Part shown: in pieces, positions 26,295 through 38,880 of the stretch | Layout of the letters: each line of letters starts with the position of its first letter | How positions within the stretch are numbered: position 1 is the first letter of the stretch | Assembly (NCBI GenBank): GCA_951406725.2 | Contig: OX597815.1 | Location: 11,532,001 to 11,596,000, forward strand | Direction of reading: 5' to 3' | DNA: 64,000 nucleotides | Origin: Octopus vulgaris | Lineage: Eukaryota | Made by a program: the position numbers and the translations under genes | The notes under the pieces: generated by a model | The model's database searches: none | Seen by the model: only the letters and a program-made list of their open reading frames with translations | Told to the model about the DNA's origin: nothing

Positions 26295-26505
26295 ACTTTT
26301 ACTTGATGCAGTGATTTTACTGCGGCCATGCTGGAGCACCGACTTTAGTCGAACAAATCGACCCTAAGACTTATTCTTTATAAGCCTAGTACATAGTCTA
26401 TCAGTTTCTTCTGCTGAACTGCTCAGTTACGGGGTGGTAATGACACCAACATCGGTTGTCAATCGATGTTAGGAGATACCCTCAGACACACAGTCATATA
26501 TACAT

Positions 26506-26546
<41 letters not shown>

Positions 26547-26841
26547 CGATGGACTTCTTTCAGTTTCCGTTGACCACATCCACTCACAAGGCTTCGTTTG
26601 GCCTGAGCTTATAGCAGAGTACAACTGCCCAAGGTGCCACGCAGTGGGACTGAACCAGGGACCAAATGTTTGGGAAGCAAACTTCTTACCACACAGCCAC
26701 ACCTACGCTACATATATATATATATATGACAAGCTTCTTTCAGTTTCCGTCTATCAAATTCACTCGTAAGCTTGTGGTCGACCTGAGATTATAGTAACAG
26801 ACACACTCCCAATGTGCTACGCTGTGGGACTGACTCCTGAA
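26295..26841 (-). mobile_element. SINE family A plus a duplicated head fragment
   Basis: 26295-26709 is colinear with 3612-4031; 26727-26841 repeats the head region. Confidence 0.8.
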
Positions 26842-27022
26842 CAATGAAAACAAAATAACCCTCAAATAACGGACATTTATCGACAAATGCATTCTTGAGA
26901 ACTGATTTCACCTTTCTGTAAGAGCGCTATATATATATATATATATATATATAAATATATATATATAAGAAAGTAAAAGAGGAAAATACGCACACTTACA
27001 TACTTTTGATATATTTTTTAAT

Positions 27023-27057
27023 ATATCGACCGGTTCTGCTGTCGCTATTCATGATAT
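27023..27057 (-). ncRNA. Minimal hammerhead motif, A3-U8 variant, in PLE 3' UTR
   Basis: Minus strand: ATATC-ATGAATA-GC GACA GC-AGAA-CCGG-TC-GATAT. Perfect stem I and GUC site; GAAA is altered to AGAA in this copy. Confidence 0.65.
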
Positions 27058-27350
27058 TGTGTTTTACTTATTTGAATATATATTTTTTCTTTAGAAGAAA
27101 TTTGGTCCATGTTGTGTGTGATGAAATTCACGAGTGAATGACTTCACAAGTAGATAAATAAAGGGTGGTAATTCTTTGTCGTTATCATTGTTATTGCTGT
27201 GGGTTAGGGAGATAACTGGTCAACTTTCGGTAATGGGTGGGGATTATATATGTGTACAGACAGAGACAAGTTTCAAAAACCTTGTTTAGTGAGGGATTTA
27301 TGTACAGTGATGTAATCGTAAATTGAAATATGTAAAAAGATAAAAGTTGG

Positions 27351-27990
27351 TTATGCGTGCATATTAAGACGTGTTTTGTAATTTTCAATGAAAAAACTTT
27401 CTTTATTTTAACGTTCTAGTTGAGAGATTGCGTCTTTGCACTAGTAGAAAGGGAGGACTGAGAAATTTGGTTTGATGTTACCTCCACATTTGTCTATATG
27501 TTCACTGAGACGAATTTGTCTGTGTTGCGGGAAGCGGATTTGCTCTTTATGTAGAGTGGTTCTCTTTCTTAAGGTCATACTCGTTTGTCCAATATAGTGG
27601 TGTCCCTAACCCGAGCAGGTTATGACATAAATTAGGTTCTCTGTGGCACAAGTAAAACTAGTTTTAATTGTGAACCTCTGTCCTTGTTTGAAAAGGAAAT
27701 CCGAGCCATCAAGCAGGTTGGGGCAGGTTCCACAGTTTGGGCATCCACATTAATCAACCGTTGGTTTCGTGGTTGTTTTGTAAAACTTCGTATTTGTTAG
27801 TAGTTTCTTTAGCGATTTGTCTTTCTTTTTTGCATTTGATGAGTTTGTGTGTTTTCAGGATGTCGTTCATTTTTGGATCTCTAGTTACTATAATAAGAGT
27901 TTGCACAATAGTGTTGAATGCTTTACTCTTTCTGGGGTTGTGTGTTTATATAAATATTAATGCTTTGAGTTGAGGTGTGGTGTTATGTTT
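27351..27990 (-). pseudogene. PLE GIY-YIG endonuclease pseudogene
   Basis: Manual translation: ..CGCPNCGTCPNL..FTCATENLIYVITCSG*GHHYIGQTSMTLRKRTTLHKEQIR..LSEHIDKC..KESFFIENYKTRLN. Several stops and one frameshift. Confidence 0.9.
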
Positions 27991-27994
27991 TGTT

Positions 27995-28094
27995 NNNNNN
28001 NNNNNNNNNNNNNNNNNNNNNNNNNNNNNNNNNNNNNNNNNNNNNNNNNNNNNNNNNNNNNNNNNNNNNNNNNNNNNNNNNNNNNNNNNNNNNN
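27995..28094. other. Assembly gap (100 N)
   Basis: Run of N. Confidence 1.
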
Positions 28095-28489
28095 GACATC
28101 AAAATGACACTGGGGTAAAATACAAGAAGCCCAGTATACCCATCATGACTACCCGTCTGATGAGGGTACATCAGGCACATGCATCACAGCCATATGTGCA
28201 CGACATGGTGATAGCATATCGAGATAAACAGCGCATAAACTTGCAGGTGGGGCCCAGTTAGAATTTTCTTCTGTCTAGTAGCCGATCCCGCTCAAAAGGT
28301 CTCTGAATAAGTGTTGTTTAAGGATGTTGAACGAACCACCCATCTTTCCAAATGTGAATTATCCGAACCTCTAAGTATTCCCTTCAACACACGGCTATGA
28401 TGCTCCCCACTACTTCTGGTAGTGGTCAGAGATGCACATAGCATCAGCCATTATGGGACATGATCAACTGGTTACGGTCAAACAACTGA
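28095..28489 (-). mobile_element. (TAA)n-associated non-coding element family D, 5'-truncated
   Basis: Colinear with 30929-31345; flanked by (TTA)n. Confidence 0.8.
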
Positions 28490-28501
28490 TTATTATTATT
28501 A

Positions 28502-28634
<133 letters not shown>

Positions 28635-28722
28635 TATTATTATTGTTATTATTACTATTGTTTTTATTATTATTATTATTATTATTAATATTATTATTAT
28701 TATTATTAATATTAATATTATT

Positions 28723-28754
<32 letters not shown>

Positions 28755-28766
28755 TATTATTATTAT

Positions 28767-29646
28767 TCAGTAGTTTTATTTTTATAGCGTGCTTTCACTT
28801 CACTACCGAGCGCAGCTCTGTGTGCCTTGTGATTTGTTGTGATGCTCTGATGGTTATTGTATGGAAAGTGTTCTGCGTAGGATGTGTGCAGTGCCTAGTA
28901 GTGCAATTTTCTGTATGTTATATGTGTTTGTAAGTCCTGGTGTTTTTGTTATGTATTTGTCTGAATATTTTTTTATCATGCCTGATGCACCTACTATGAT
29001 AGGAATTGTTTCTGTGTTTAGATTCCACATTCTAGTTACCTCTATTTCCAGGTCTTGGTATTTTGAGAGTTTCTCCATTTCTTTTAGAGACATGTTGTCA
29101 TCAGCCGGTATTGATACATCAATTAGAAAGCATATTTTCTTCAAGATCTTTGACAACTATATCTGGTCCGTTGTCCTTAATTTTTCTATCTGTGTGTATC
29201 GGCATATCCCAGAGTATGGTTGCTTTCTCGTTTTCTGTGACCTTTTCTGGTGTGTGCCTATACCATCTTTTTTCTGTTGTTATTCCATAATGTTGGCATA
29301 GCTTCCAATGTATGTAGGATCCAACTCTGTCATGTCTGTGAATATATTCCTTCTTAGCCAGGACTGGGCAGCTAGAGATAATATGATTTATTGTTTCTTG
29401 TCCATCTCCACATATTCTGCAGTTACTTGTAATATTTCTTTTCATTACATGTTTTTGGTAATTTCTGGTGGGGAGGCTTAGGTCTTGTGCTGCAATTAAA
29501 AATCCTTCTGTCTCTGCTTTGAGTCCTAAGCTTCTCAACCATTGCTGGGATTTTTCTTTGTCTATTTCTTTTGCGTTTAGTTTAGTGCAGTATTTACCAT
29601 GAAGGGGCTTTTCTTGCCATCGTATTATCATGGTTCGTTGCTGTTC

Positions 29647-29648
<2 letters not shown>
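28767..29648 (-). mobile_element. R4/Dong-like LINE, 5'-truncated (CCHC finger + RLE endonuclease) in (TAA)n
   Basis: ORFs 29119-29772 and 28854-29156: CRICGDGQETINHIISSC..RHD..PDIVV..LIDVSIP..KLSKY..PIIVGA. (TAA)n on both sides. Confidence 0.9.
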
Positions 29649-29704
<56 letters not shown>

Positions 29705-29749
29705 GCTGTTGCTGTTGCTTTTGTTTTTGTAGTTGTTGTTATTATTTTT

Positions 29750-30880
29750 TGGAGTCTGGGCGCTGACGACAAACAAACTGGCTTCTCTGTTGTAGAGGAC
29801 CTTCTAGTCAGAAACTATGATGGCTAATTTCTAGATGTACTTTGCCTGGCAGTGCTACAGGAGGTCGCTACCAGTTCCCTCTACAGCCAGGGATGTGCTG
29901 TCAGACAGACTTGCCCAAGGTGCAGAAAGAGTGAAAATACTGTTCTGCACGCTCTGGTTCAGAGTCCTGGCATTGCTAACGTGTTGGATTATGTCGAACA
30001 GATGTTGCTACTTGTGGGACGGATCTGTTTATCGGCGAGGTCTGTAGTGATGATTGCCTCGTCGTCCTCCTCAAACAGGCAGTCAAGGCAATGTTCCTTT
30101 GCCTGGTAGTGTTAGCGAAATAGGTTTGTGGACAAGGCTGAAAAGCATGAGGGGAGATACATTCCTCTTTGAAGGCGGCGAACTGCCAGTAATGGTAGTA
30201 CGCTGAGTGAAATGATTAGCGGTATTTTGTCTGCCGCTACGTTCTGAGTTGAAATTCCGCCGAGGTCCACTTTGCCTTTCATCCTTTCGGGGACGATTAA
30301 ATAAATACCAGTTACTCACTGGGATCGATATAATCGACTTAATCCGTTTGTCAGTCCTTGTTTGTCTCCCCTATGTTTAGCCCCTTGAGGGCAATAAAGA
30401 AATAAGATACATTCCTCTTTAGCAAAGCTCTCATTCACTTCTTAAAGTTTCACTTAAAAACTAACTTGACGGTGGAGAGGGATGTGCTCTCCTCGAGTGA
30501 GTTAGTTGAAAGGTGGGCGAAATTTGCCTAAATGGTATGACTGGGTGGTACCTAATTAAGCGTAGACATGTGGGTCGGAGAGAATTACTTGAAGTGGGCA
30601 CTTACTCTAGGTGTTCAAGGAACTCCCGGACAAAGGGCTTTCTAATTATCCCTAGAGGTCATCCTGTATCAGAAGGGTTACATCTCTATCATCCACCCAC
30701 TTTTTTCCTGTAAACCTTTCTATTCTGTGCATATGTCCCTTCCCTTTCATTGTATGCCGTTTTTACGTTCATTTTGCTTTCTCTTATTTAATTATTTTAT
30801 CATTTCATTATATATAAAGCGCAACACTTTATAGCTATCTTCCAACTATTCTTCTCCTTTGCCCTGGGGACAAATAAATG
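29750..30880 (+). mobile_element. L1/Tx1-like LINE 3' remnant, interrupted by a SINE
   Basis: CPRCRKSENTVLHALVQS resembles the C-terminal zinc knuckle of L1/Tx1 ORF2; degenerate. Confidence 0.55.
30171..30404 (+). mobile_element. SINE family B monomer with 16-bp TSD
   Basis: TSD AGATACATTCCTCTTT at 30155-30170 and 30405-30420. Confidence 0.9.
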
Positions 30881-30882
30881 AA

Positions 30883-30928
<46 letters not shown>

Positions 30929-31524
30929 GTGAGAGAGAGCAGTTCATGCCATCAAAGTGACACTGGGGTAAAATATACGAAGCCCAATATACCCATCATG
31001 ACTACCCGTCTGATAAGGGTACACCAGGCACATGCATCACAACCATATGTGCGTGACATGGTGATCTTATATCAAGATAAACAGCACATGATCTTGCAGG
31101 TGGAGCCCAGTTACAATTTTCTTCAGGTTGAGTAGCCCATCCTGCTCAAACGGTCCCTGAATAAGGGTTGTTTAAGGATGTTGAAAAAACCACCCGTGTT
31201 TCCAGAGGTGAATTATTCAAACCCCAAAGAATCCCTCTCAACACATGGCTATGATGCTCCCCCACTACTTCTGCTCGTGATCAGAGATGCACATATCGTC
31301 AGCCACTAAGGGACATGCTCAACTGGTTATGGTTAAACAGCTGACAAGCAAATCTGTGGTACTGAGCAGAATATTTGCTGTAGCCCATCTTTTATACCAA
31401 GACAAAATAATGTACATGATAACACTTCCAATCAGTTAAGATCAGAAGCCATGAGAGCCACTGCCTGGTACTGCATCAGGGCATTCTGGTACTGCATCAG
31501 GGCATCCTGGTACTGCATCAGGGC
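30929..31524 (-). mobile_element. Element family D, apparently full length, with 5' 21-mer triplicated
   Basis: Lies between two (TTA)n arrays and has the same 5' terminus as the copy at 35663. Confidence 0.85.
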
Positions 31525-31558
<34 letters not shown>

Positions 31559-31586
31559 GTTATTATTATTATTATTATTATTATTG

Positions 31587-31639
<53 letters not shown>

Positions 31640-31667
31640 GTTATTATTATTATTATTATTATTATTG

Positions 31668-31713
<46 letters not shown>

Positions 31714-31760
31714 TACTACTACTACTATTATTATTTTTATTATTATTATTACTATTACTA

Positions 31761-31791
<31 letters not shown>

Positions 31792-31794
31792 TAC

Positions 31795-31882
<88 letters not shown>

Positions 31883-31902
31883 ATTATTATTATTATTATT
31901 AT
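31525..31902. repeat. Long (TTA)n array (another at 28490-28766)
   Basis: Directly visible. Confidence 0.95.
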
Positions 31903-33189
31903 TCAGTAGTTTTATTTTTTATAGCGTGCTTTCACTTCACTACCGAGCGCAGCTCTGTGTGCCTTAGGTTTGTGCTGTGATTTGTTGTGATGCTCTGATG
32001 GTAATTGTATGGAAAGTGTTCTGCGTCGGATGTGTGCAGTGCCTAGTAGTGCAATTTTCTGTATGTTGTATGTGCTTGTAAGTCCTGGTGTTTTTGTTAT
32101 GTATTTGTCTGAATATTTTTTTATCATGCCTAATGCACCTACTATGATAGGAATTGTTTCTGTTTTTAGATTCCACATTCTGGTTACTTCTATTTCCAGG
32201 TCTTTGTATTTTGAGAATTTCTCCATTTCTTTTAGAGATACGTTATCATCTGCCGGTATTGATACATTAATTAGAAAGCATTTCATGATCTCTGACAACT
32301 ATATCTGGTCCGTTGTCCTTAATTTTTCTATCTGTGTGTATCGGCATATCCCAGAGTATGGTTGCTTTCTCGTTTTCTGTGACCTTTTCTGGTGTGTGCC
32401 TATACCATCTTTTTTCTGTTGTTATTCCATAATGTTGGCATAGCTTCCAATGTATGTAGGATCCAACTCTGTCATGTCTGTGAATATATTCCTTCTTAGC
32501 CGGGACTGGGCAGCTAGAGATAATATGATTTATTGTTTCTTGTCCATCTCCACATATTCTGCAGTTACTTGTTATATTTCTTTTCATTACATGTTTTTGG
32601 TAATTTCTGGTGGGGAGGCTTTGGTCTTGTGCTGCAATTAAAAATCCCTCTGTCTCTGCTTTGAGTACTGGGCTTCTCAACCATTGCTGGGATTTTTCTT
32701 TGTCTATTTCTTTTGCGTTCAGTTTAGTCCAGTGTTTACCATGAAGGGGCTTTTCTTGCCATCGTTTTATCATGGTTAATTGCTGTTCTATTTTTTGTTT
32801 AGATTTCATTTGTTTTATAGCTTTTGTTATTTCTTCATATTCTTCTTCTTGTTCTTCATATTTATTAGGTGGTATGATTTCTTGTTTGTATTTGTCAGCT
32901 TCCTTAAATACTGAGAACAGTTTTTTGTTTTGCTCGTGTTTTGCCGCTATTTGTATCAGTTTTCCTTTCTTCTGAAGTAGATATTTTTGCAGTCCTACGG
33001 TGGTTATTTTATAGTAGTTTTCCAGTTGTATAAGGCCTCTCTACCACCTTCTATATGTTGCATATATAGTCTTTCTATGTCAGATTTTGGGTGATGCATC
33101 CTAGATCCTGTCATTATTTTTCTTGTTTTCCTATCTATTTTGGTCAGTTCATTTAGTGTCCAGTTAAGGATTTTGTAGCTGTAACTACA

Positions 33190-33190
<1 letters not shown>
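31903..33190 (-). mobile_element. R4/Dong-like LINE, 5'-truncated, second copy
   Basis: ORFs 33004-33276 (KIDRKTRKIMT..HHPKSDIERLY..GGR), 32267-32809 and 31912-32298. Same 3' end as 28767. Confidence 0.9.
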
Positions 33191-33271
<81 letters not shown>

Positions 33272-33273
<2 letters not shown>

Positions 33274-34430
33274 CACTGAACAGATTAGACTTTGGAAATG
33301 ATAAGAATCCTAACATCGGGTTACAAGTTGCCTCAAATACCAAGAACCCTCCTATTGGGTTACAAGTAATCACGGATGCCAAAACGCTCTTAAGTATCCT
33401 AGCTGTCCCTAATAACACTGTTCTCAGGAGCTGTACTAAACTGGGTTTTATGCCTATTTCCTCTATCCATCTGTTAAGAGCTTTAGAAATAGTTCCCAAT
33501 ATAGCTATAACTACTGGGATACATTGTACCCGCACTTTCCATAGTCTCTGTAATCCAATAGCCAGGTCCTCATACTTTGCTATTTTTTCTATACCTCTGA
33601 TATTAATTTCTCATCATTTGGAACTGTACACTCAATTATCTGACACTTTCTATTCTCCTCTACTACTACTATCAAATCAGGCCTTCTAGCTTAAATCACT
33701 CTGTCTGTCAGAATGTAAATGTCCCACAACATGTAGTATTTCTTACTTTGTAGTATTTTACTAGGTTCATGTTCATACCATTTATCAACATGTTCAAATC
33801 CTAGCTTTTCTACATGTCTCCCAGTGGATTATTCCTCTAGATTGTCATGTCTTTTCTTGTATTCTTTCAATGCAAGCATGCTACATTCACTTACTATATG
33901 AACAACGCTTTCTTCTTTGCATTGCATAATCTACATTGGGAATCTACTTTGTTTTTGTCTATCTTGGCTTTTATCCAATTAGTCCTTAATGTTTGATCTT
34001 ATGCTGCTACTAACAAACATTTTGTCTCCCTCTTCAGCTTTCCTTTCTGCAAACATAACCATGGCTCACTAATACTATTTGTTGTAAATATCTTTGGGAA
34101 TCTACCATGCAACGCTTTCTCCTGCCAGATAATTTCTGTTCTTTTTTCTGATTTTTAACTTCGTTTGCTTTTTTTGGGGGTTTCCCTATATCTTGCAGAT
34201 TTTATTAAACTTTCTTCATAGTTACCTACATATCAGTTTATATCTACTCTAGCTAACTCTACATAGTCTTCTACTGATGTCAACCCTCATCCGCCTTCAT
34301 ATCTAGGTAGATTTAATCATGCTACTCCTGCAGTTGGTCGGAGTCATCCATTTATATTGAGTTCCTCCATAGTTCTTTTGTCTAGCTTTGCAAATTCAGT
34401 TTTTGTCCAACAATCTACTGATGCTACCGA
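33272..34430 (-). mobile_element. Older, distinct R4/Dong-like LINE fragment
   Basis: ORF 33269-33535 IPVVIAILGTI..VLLGTARILKSVL, with degenerate upstream RLE and zinc-finger sequence. 3' end at (TAA)n. Confidence 0.7.
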
Positions 34431-35129
34431 GTAGTTTTATGCTTCAGTAGATTATATTTTTATTCTATGGTTCCACCACTGTTCAGTCGATTGCATGAGA
34501 CAGCTTGGATACTTGAAGAATATCTATTTTGTATTGTATAGGAAGTACTCTAGATATTGTTAGTGCAGAGTATATGAGTTCTATTTTTTCTTTTGCGTAA
34601 TATCTGGAATTCAGTTTATGTTTTTATGTATGTATATATGCATTATATTTAATAGTTCCTAAAACACCTATTTATAATTGTTCAACCTCACTCTGAATAT
34701 CGTATACTTCTATATTAAAATATTTAGATAATTTCCTCATTTGTTCAAGAGGTACATAATCTTCTGCATCTTTTATTAGGAGACATCTCATTTTTTTAGT
34801 CGCCCTTTACGAGAACAATAAAATGACAAAACTGACAACGTATTGAGATATAATTGTTTGGAAATTGATTACATCTCGGAAATAGTCTTGGAGGATCAAC
34901 AAATACATTGTGGTTGAATAATTAAAGAGACTCTTATATTAATTGTTACTCTTCCAGTTATTTTCTGATAATGATATATATTACAATATAATAATTTTGT
35001 CAAACAATATTAACAACGCTTTTATTTTTGATACTGGTTCTTCTGGCTCTGCAATCATTCATTTAATTATCATATATAATATATTATGCCGTTTGCATAA
35101 CGTTGAAAACATAATAATAATATTTCAAG

Positions 35130-35547
35130 ATCTGACAGAAAAATCCAGACTAATCGACCGTACATAATTATGAAAGACAGGGAAGAAAATACTTCTTGAC
35201 TTATGACGTATGTGCCCCACACTGATAAAAATGTAAGGACCTGGGAATTGAAATACAAAAGATGTGGTATCTTAAAGTTAAGACTGTTTCTTTTATTGTA
35301 CATGCCATATATACGGTAAAAAATATCTTGGCAACATCTGAGGGAATTCCTATTACAAAGGAATCCAAACTTTTGTATTCACAAGGACTGTTCATATCCT
35401 ATTAATTTAAATGTTTGTATTGTATAATATGAATGTATTTCTGGATCTCCCTTCCTAAGCTTTTAGTTATAATTCATCATCTGTTGATTTTCACTTACCC
35501 TAGGCTGCTGGGTGTGCGTCCCGGCAAGTGATTGCATCAACATGTAG
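35130..35547 (+). mobile_element. R4/Dong-like LINE 3' remnant
   Basis: TDRKIQTNRPYIIMKDREE.. and KDLGIEIQKMWYLKVKTVSFIV; ends in (TAA)n at 35548. Confidence 0.7.
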
Positions 35548-35660
<113 letters not shown>

Positions 35661-35662
35661 AA

Positions 35663-36220
35663 TATGCCCAGAATCAGTACTAGATAGTGACTCTCATGGC
35701 TTCTCATCTTCACTGACTGGAAGTGTTACCATGTACATTGTTTTGTCTTGGTAAGAAAGATGGGCTACAGCAAGTATTCTGCTTAATACCACAGATTTGC
35801 TTGCTTGTCAGTTGCTTGACCATAACCAATTGAAAAAGTCCCTTAGTGGCTGAAGATATGTGCATCACTGTTTGCAAGCAGAAGTAGTTGGGGAGCATCA
35901 TAACCATGTGTTGAAAGGAATTTTTGGAGCTTGGATACTTCACCTCTGGAAACATGGTTGTTTTCTTCAACAAACATAAGCAACCTGTATTAACGAAACG
36001 TTTGAGCAGGATGGATTCCTGTATCTGAAGAAAATTCTAACTGGGCCCCACCTGCAAGGTCCGGTGCTGTTTATCTTTATATGAGATCACCATGTCGCGC
36101 ACATATGGTTGTGATGCATGTGCCTGGTGTACCCTAATCAGACGGGTAGTCAAGATAGGTATACTGGGCTTCATTTATTTTACCCTAGTATTACTTTGAT
36201 GGCATGCACTGCCCTCTCAA
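35663..36220 (+). mobile_element. Element family D, full length, diverged
   Basis: Reverse complement of 30929-31485; ends in AATAATAAT. Confidence 0.85.
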
Positions 36221-36239
36221 TAATAATACGGGAGAAAAT

Positions 36240-36283
<44 letters not shown>

Positions 36284-36389
36284 TATCATCATCATCATCA
36301 TCATCATCAACAACAACAACAACATCATCATCATTTTTATTATTATTGTGTAGAAGACAGACAAAATTGCCATCTTTGTTTTCTTTAAG

Positions 36390-37800
36390 TGATTAGGGGA
36401 ATATCTTGCTCGTCGTACGAAGCTTGTCCTGACTCAAGAAAATACTCAAGAAGCCATCAGATGACCGGCTTTGTGGAGGCGTTGTATGACAACAGAGCTG
36501 AATTTCAAATATCAATAGACCACCCTGAGCATTTTTCCATCCGATCCCAAGCAGATGTGTGAACATTCTCAAAGATACTTTGTCGATTTGTAGGCAAGAA
36601 CCAATCCACTGCTGATGGTGGATTTCCATACCTGCTTTAAGAGTCTGCACTTTGTGCCATAGATACAGAGCAGTGCGAAATTCTCATTTCAACAGATGAG
36701 CAAATCACGGTGGATGTGTACTTGCTTTGCAAATTTTATCTTTGTAACACAACTTTATCTTCATTTATATTGTTAAATGAATGTTAGCGGGATCGCGAAC
36801 TGGAAATTTCAAAACTTTTTCAGCTGAGGAGTAATGAGGTTCTGAGGGAAATACCTGAACAAGAATTACATAGAAGACAAAGTGAAAGATTTTGGCAAAG
36901 GTTAGCAGAAAGGTTGGGACTTTTCGGGGGAAATTTATTTGGCGATGTATTAAGATAACCGATACTCGGTAGCTTTCACAACAGCAATAGATTTGAAACA
37001 TAGTATAAAGGACAGAAACTTTACTCTTGTGAAGATCTGAATGTGCATTGCATTCTCAGCCCCACGAGAATGACACCTATCGCTTCTGTTTTGCTGCTGT
37101 AGTTAAGCTGAAATGGTTGAAAACGTAGAAGGGCATCACACTCGATGTAGGACACAAGAAAGCCGTGTCTGCATTTGCGATGAGCTGATCGTCACGGTGT
37201 CGGACACATCAGAAATTGGAGTGGCGGAGAAAACTTGGTATTAGCAGATGGACTTGAGAGGCGTTCCTAAGCGGGACAGTGACTGATTTTAAGGACCTCA
37301 AGATCTTTTGAATGTTATGAGACCGACTGTGTGATGTTTGAATGCCCAGTCTAGTTGAGACTACCATGCTATCGGTGAAAACCTGGGTAGAAATTACAAT
37401 GATGGCATTCAACCAAACTCAGAAAGAAATTCAAATTGGATAGCCTTTACGTCACTTGTGTATGTGCCACAGATTGACCATCATGTTTTGTCACGAGTAA
37501 CACCAGTGCTTATTGAAGTAATGATAGCTTCGCTTAACATACTGTTAATCTGCAAAAGTTTACTCCAACAGAATCTGTTCCTGTCGAAGGTGAGGATACT
37601 CAGCCATATCTAGAAAGCTTCCTTTTCTAACGATAAGAAGTAGTGTTGTCTTTCGTGCCTGTGACACGTTTTCCCGCTGCCGGTATGGTTGACCAACGGG
37701 CGGCCAACCAATGCAGATTCAGGTTGGCTCTTTGCATGTGGAATGTTGCCGAACGTTCGCTTTTATTACCAGATGAACAACATATCAAGAGAATCTCAAT
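36390..37800 (-). mobile_element. Highly degenerate LINE (RTE-like RT) remnant
   Basis: Scattered motifs such as WLNAIIV (~WKxAxIV) and SLRMFTHLLGIGW (~CLRxILxIxW); heavily disrupted. Confidence 0.35.
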
Positions 37801-38489
37801 CTAAACATTTTGTAGAAGTTTAGCAAAAGATATTAGTTATGGCATGGGAATGATTATGAATAATGATAGGAAGAACGAGAATAATTACTTCAGGAACAAA
37901 AAATACGGAGTTTGAAAGGTTTGGGGTTTGGCAATCTCTGAAACTATCAGAAGTATACAACGGATAAAAAAAAAGCGTGGATTGTAATAATTAAATATTT
38001 TCTGAGTCTATAATTCCTTGTAGTTCATATACGTGAGGATGGTCCTAGTCCATCATGAACATCAAACTATTAAGCTCCTCACCATTAGAATACAAGCAAT
38101 TTTCCTTTACCTGGCGTCTATATCGAAGGATAAGTGTACCGTGAATTGGTGAAAGTTTTCTGTACAATAATTCCTTCTGACCAGTTTCTTTACGTACGGC
38201 ATGAGGCAACAGGGAGCTGTTAACCTCTAATAATTTTTATGGAAGTTGGGGAGAATAGAAAAATTGGCGTGGCTCATTGGGACCGCATTAAATATATGAT
38301 TATTAGCTGGCGGTAAAGATTCGAGGGAGACATTTCCTTAAGTGTTTCAGAATAGTGTTAACTTATTTTATATGCAGTGCACCGAATCTCCCTCTTTGTC
38401 TTCTCTAGATTTTGTGAATATTTGTCACTATTCTGTTATTGCTATTTATTAATATTTTTTTTTGTGAATGGACTTTTAGTATTATTGCT

Positions 38490-38880
38490 TATCATCTTAG
38501 ATAAACTTAGATATTTTTCGACCAAAGATTGGTTCAGGCCATGTCTAACTTAATAGCACCACCTGATAGGATTATTTGAATCCTGTTTAAGTCAAGTTTT
38601 GTTTATGGTCCATTCAAGTAGTGAGATTTTGTTGGGTGAGTTGTATCCAATTATGGGTGGCTTATCTGGTATTCTTTGAAGGAATCTATCCAGACTCCGT
38701 TTAAAGTTGATGGGATCCATTTCCTCTTTGATCTCCCTCGGGACAATGTTGAATAGGGCAGGGCCTGTTGAGGAAAAGAAATTATGTTGCATGTACATGT
38801 ATGCTGTGATCTTGAATTGGGCAGGGGACGTATGGCCCGTGGTCCCAGTCTTGGATGAACCTTGAAGCTAATGCAAATGT
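38490..38880 (-). mobile_element. CR1-group LINE 3' end
   Basis: HNFFSSTGPALFNIVPREIK..FKRSLDRFLQRIPDKP..Y, then a UTR and ATCTAAGTTT tandem tail. A short copy of the tail lies at 43540-43585 (+). Confidence 0.7.

Larger units (their letters stand above)
26968..27994 (-). mobile_element. Penelope-like retroelement 3' part (Neptune-type, with Cys-rich linker), truncated by the assembly gap
   Basis: GIY-YIG pseudogene followed by a UTR with an HHR; 3' end abuts (TA)n. Confidence 0.85.

Noticed and set aside
31400-31524. HDV-like ribozyme or U2 snRNA origin for the family D 5' end
   Set aside because: A nested double pseudoknot could not be built by eye, and the similarity to U2 (TGCAGTACC) is too short to be meaningful.
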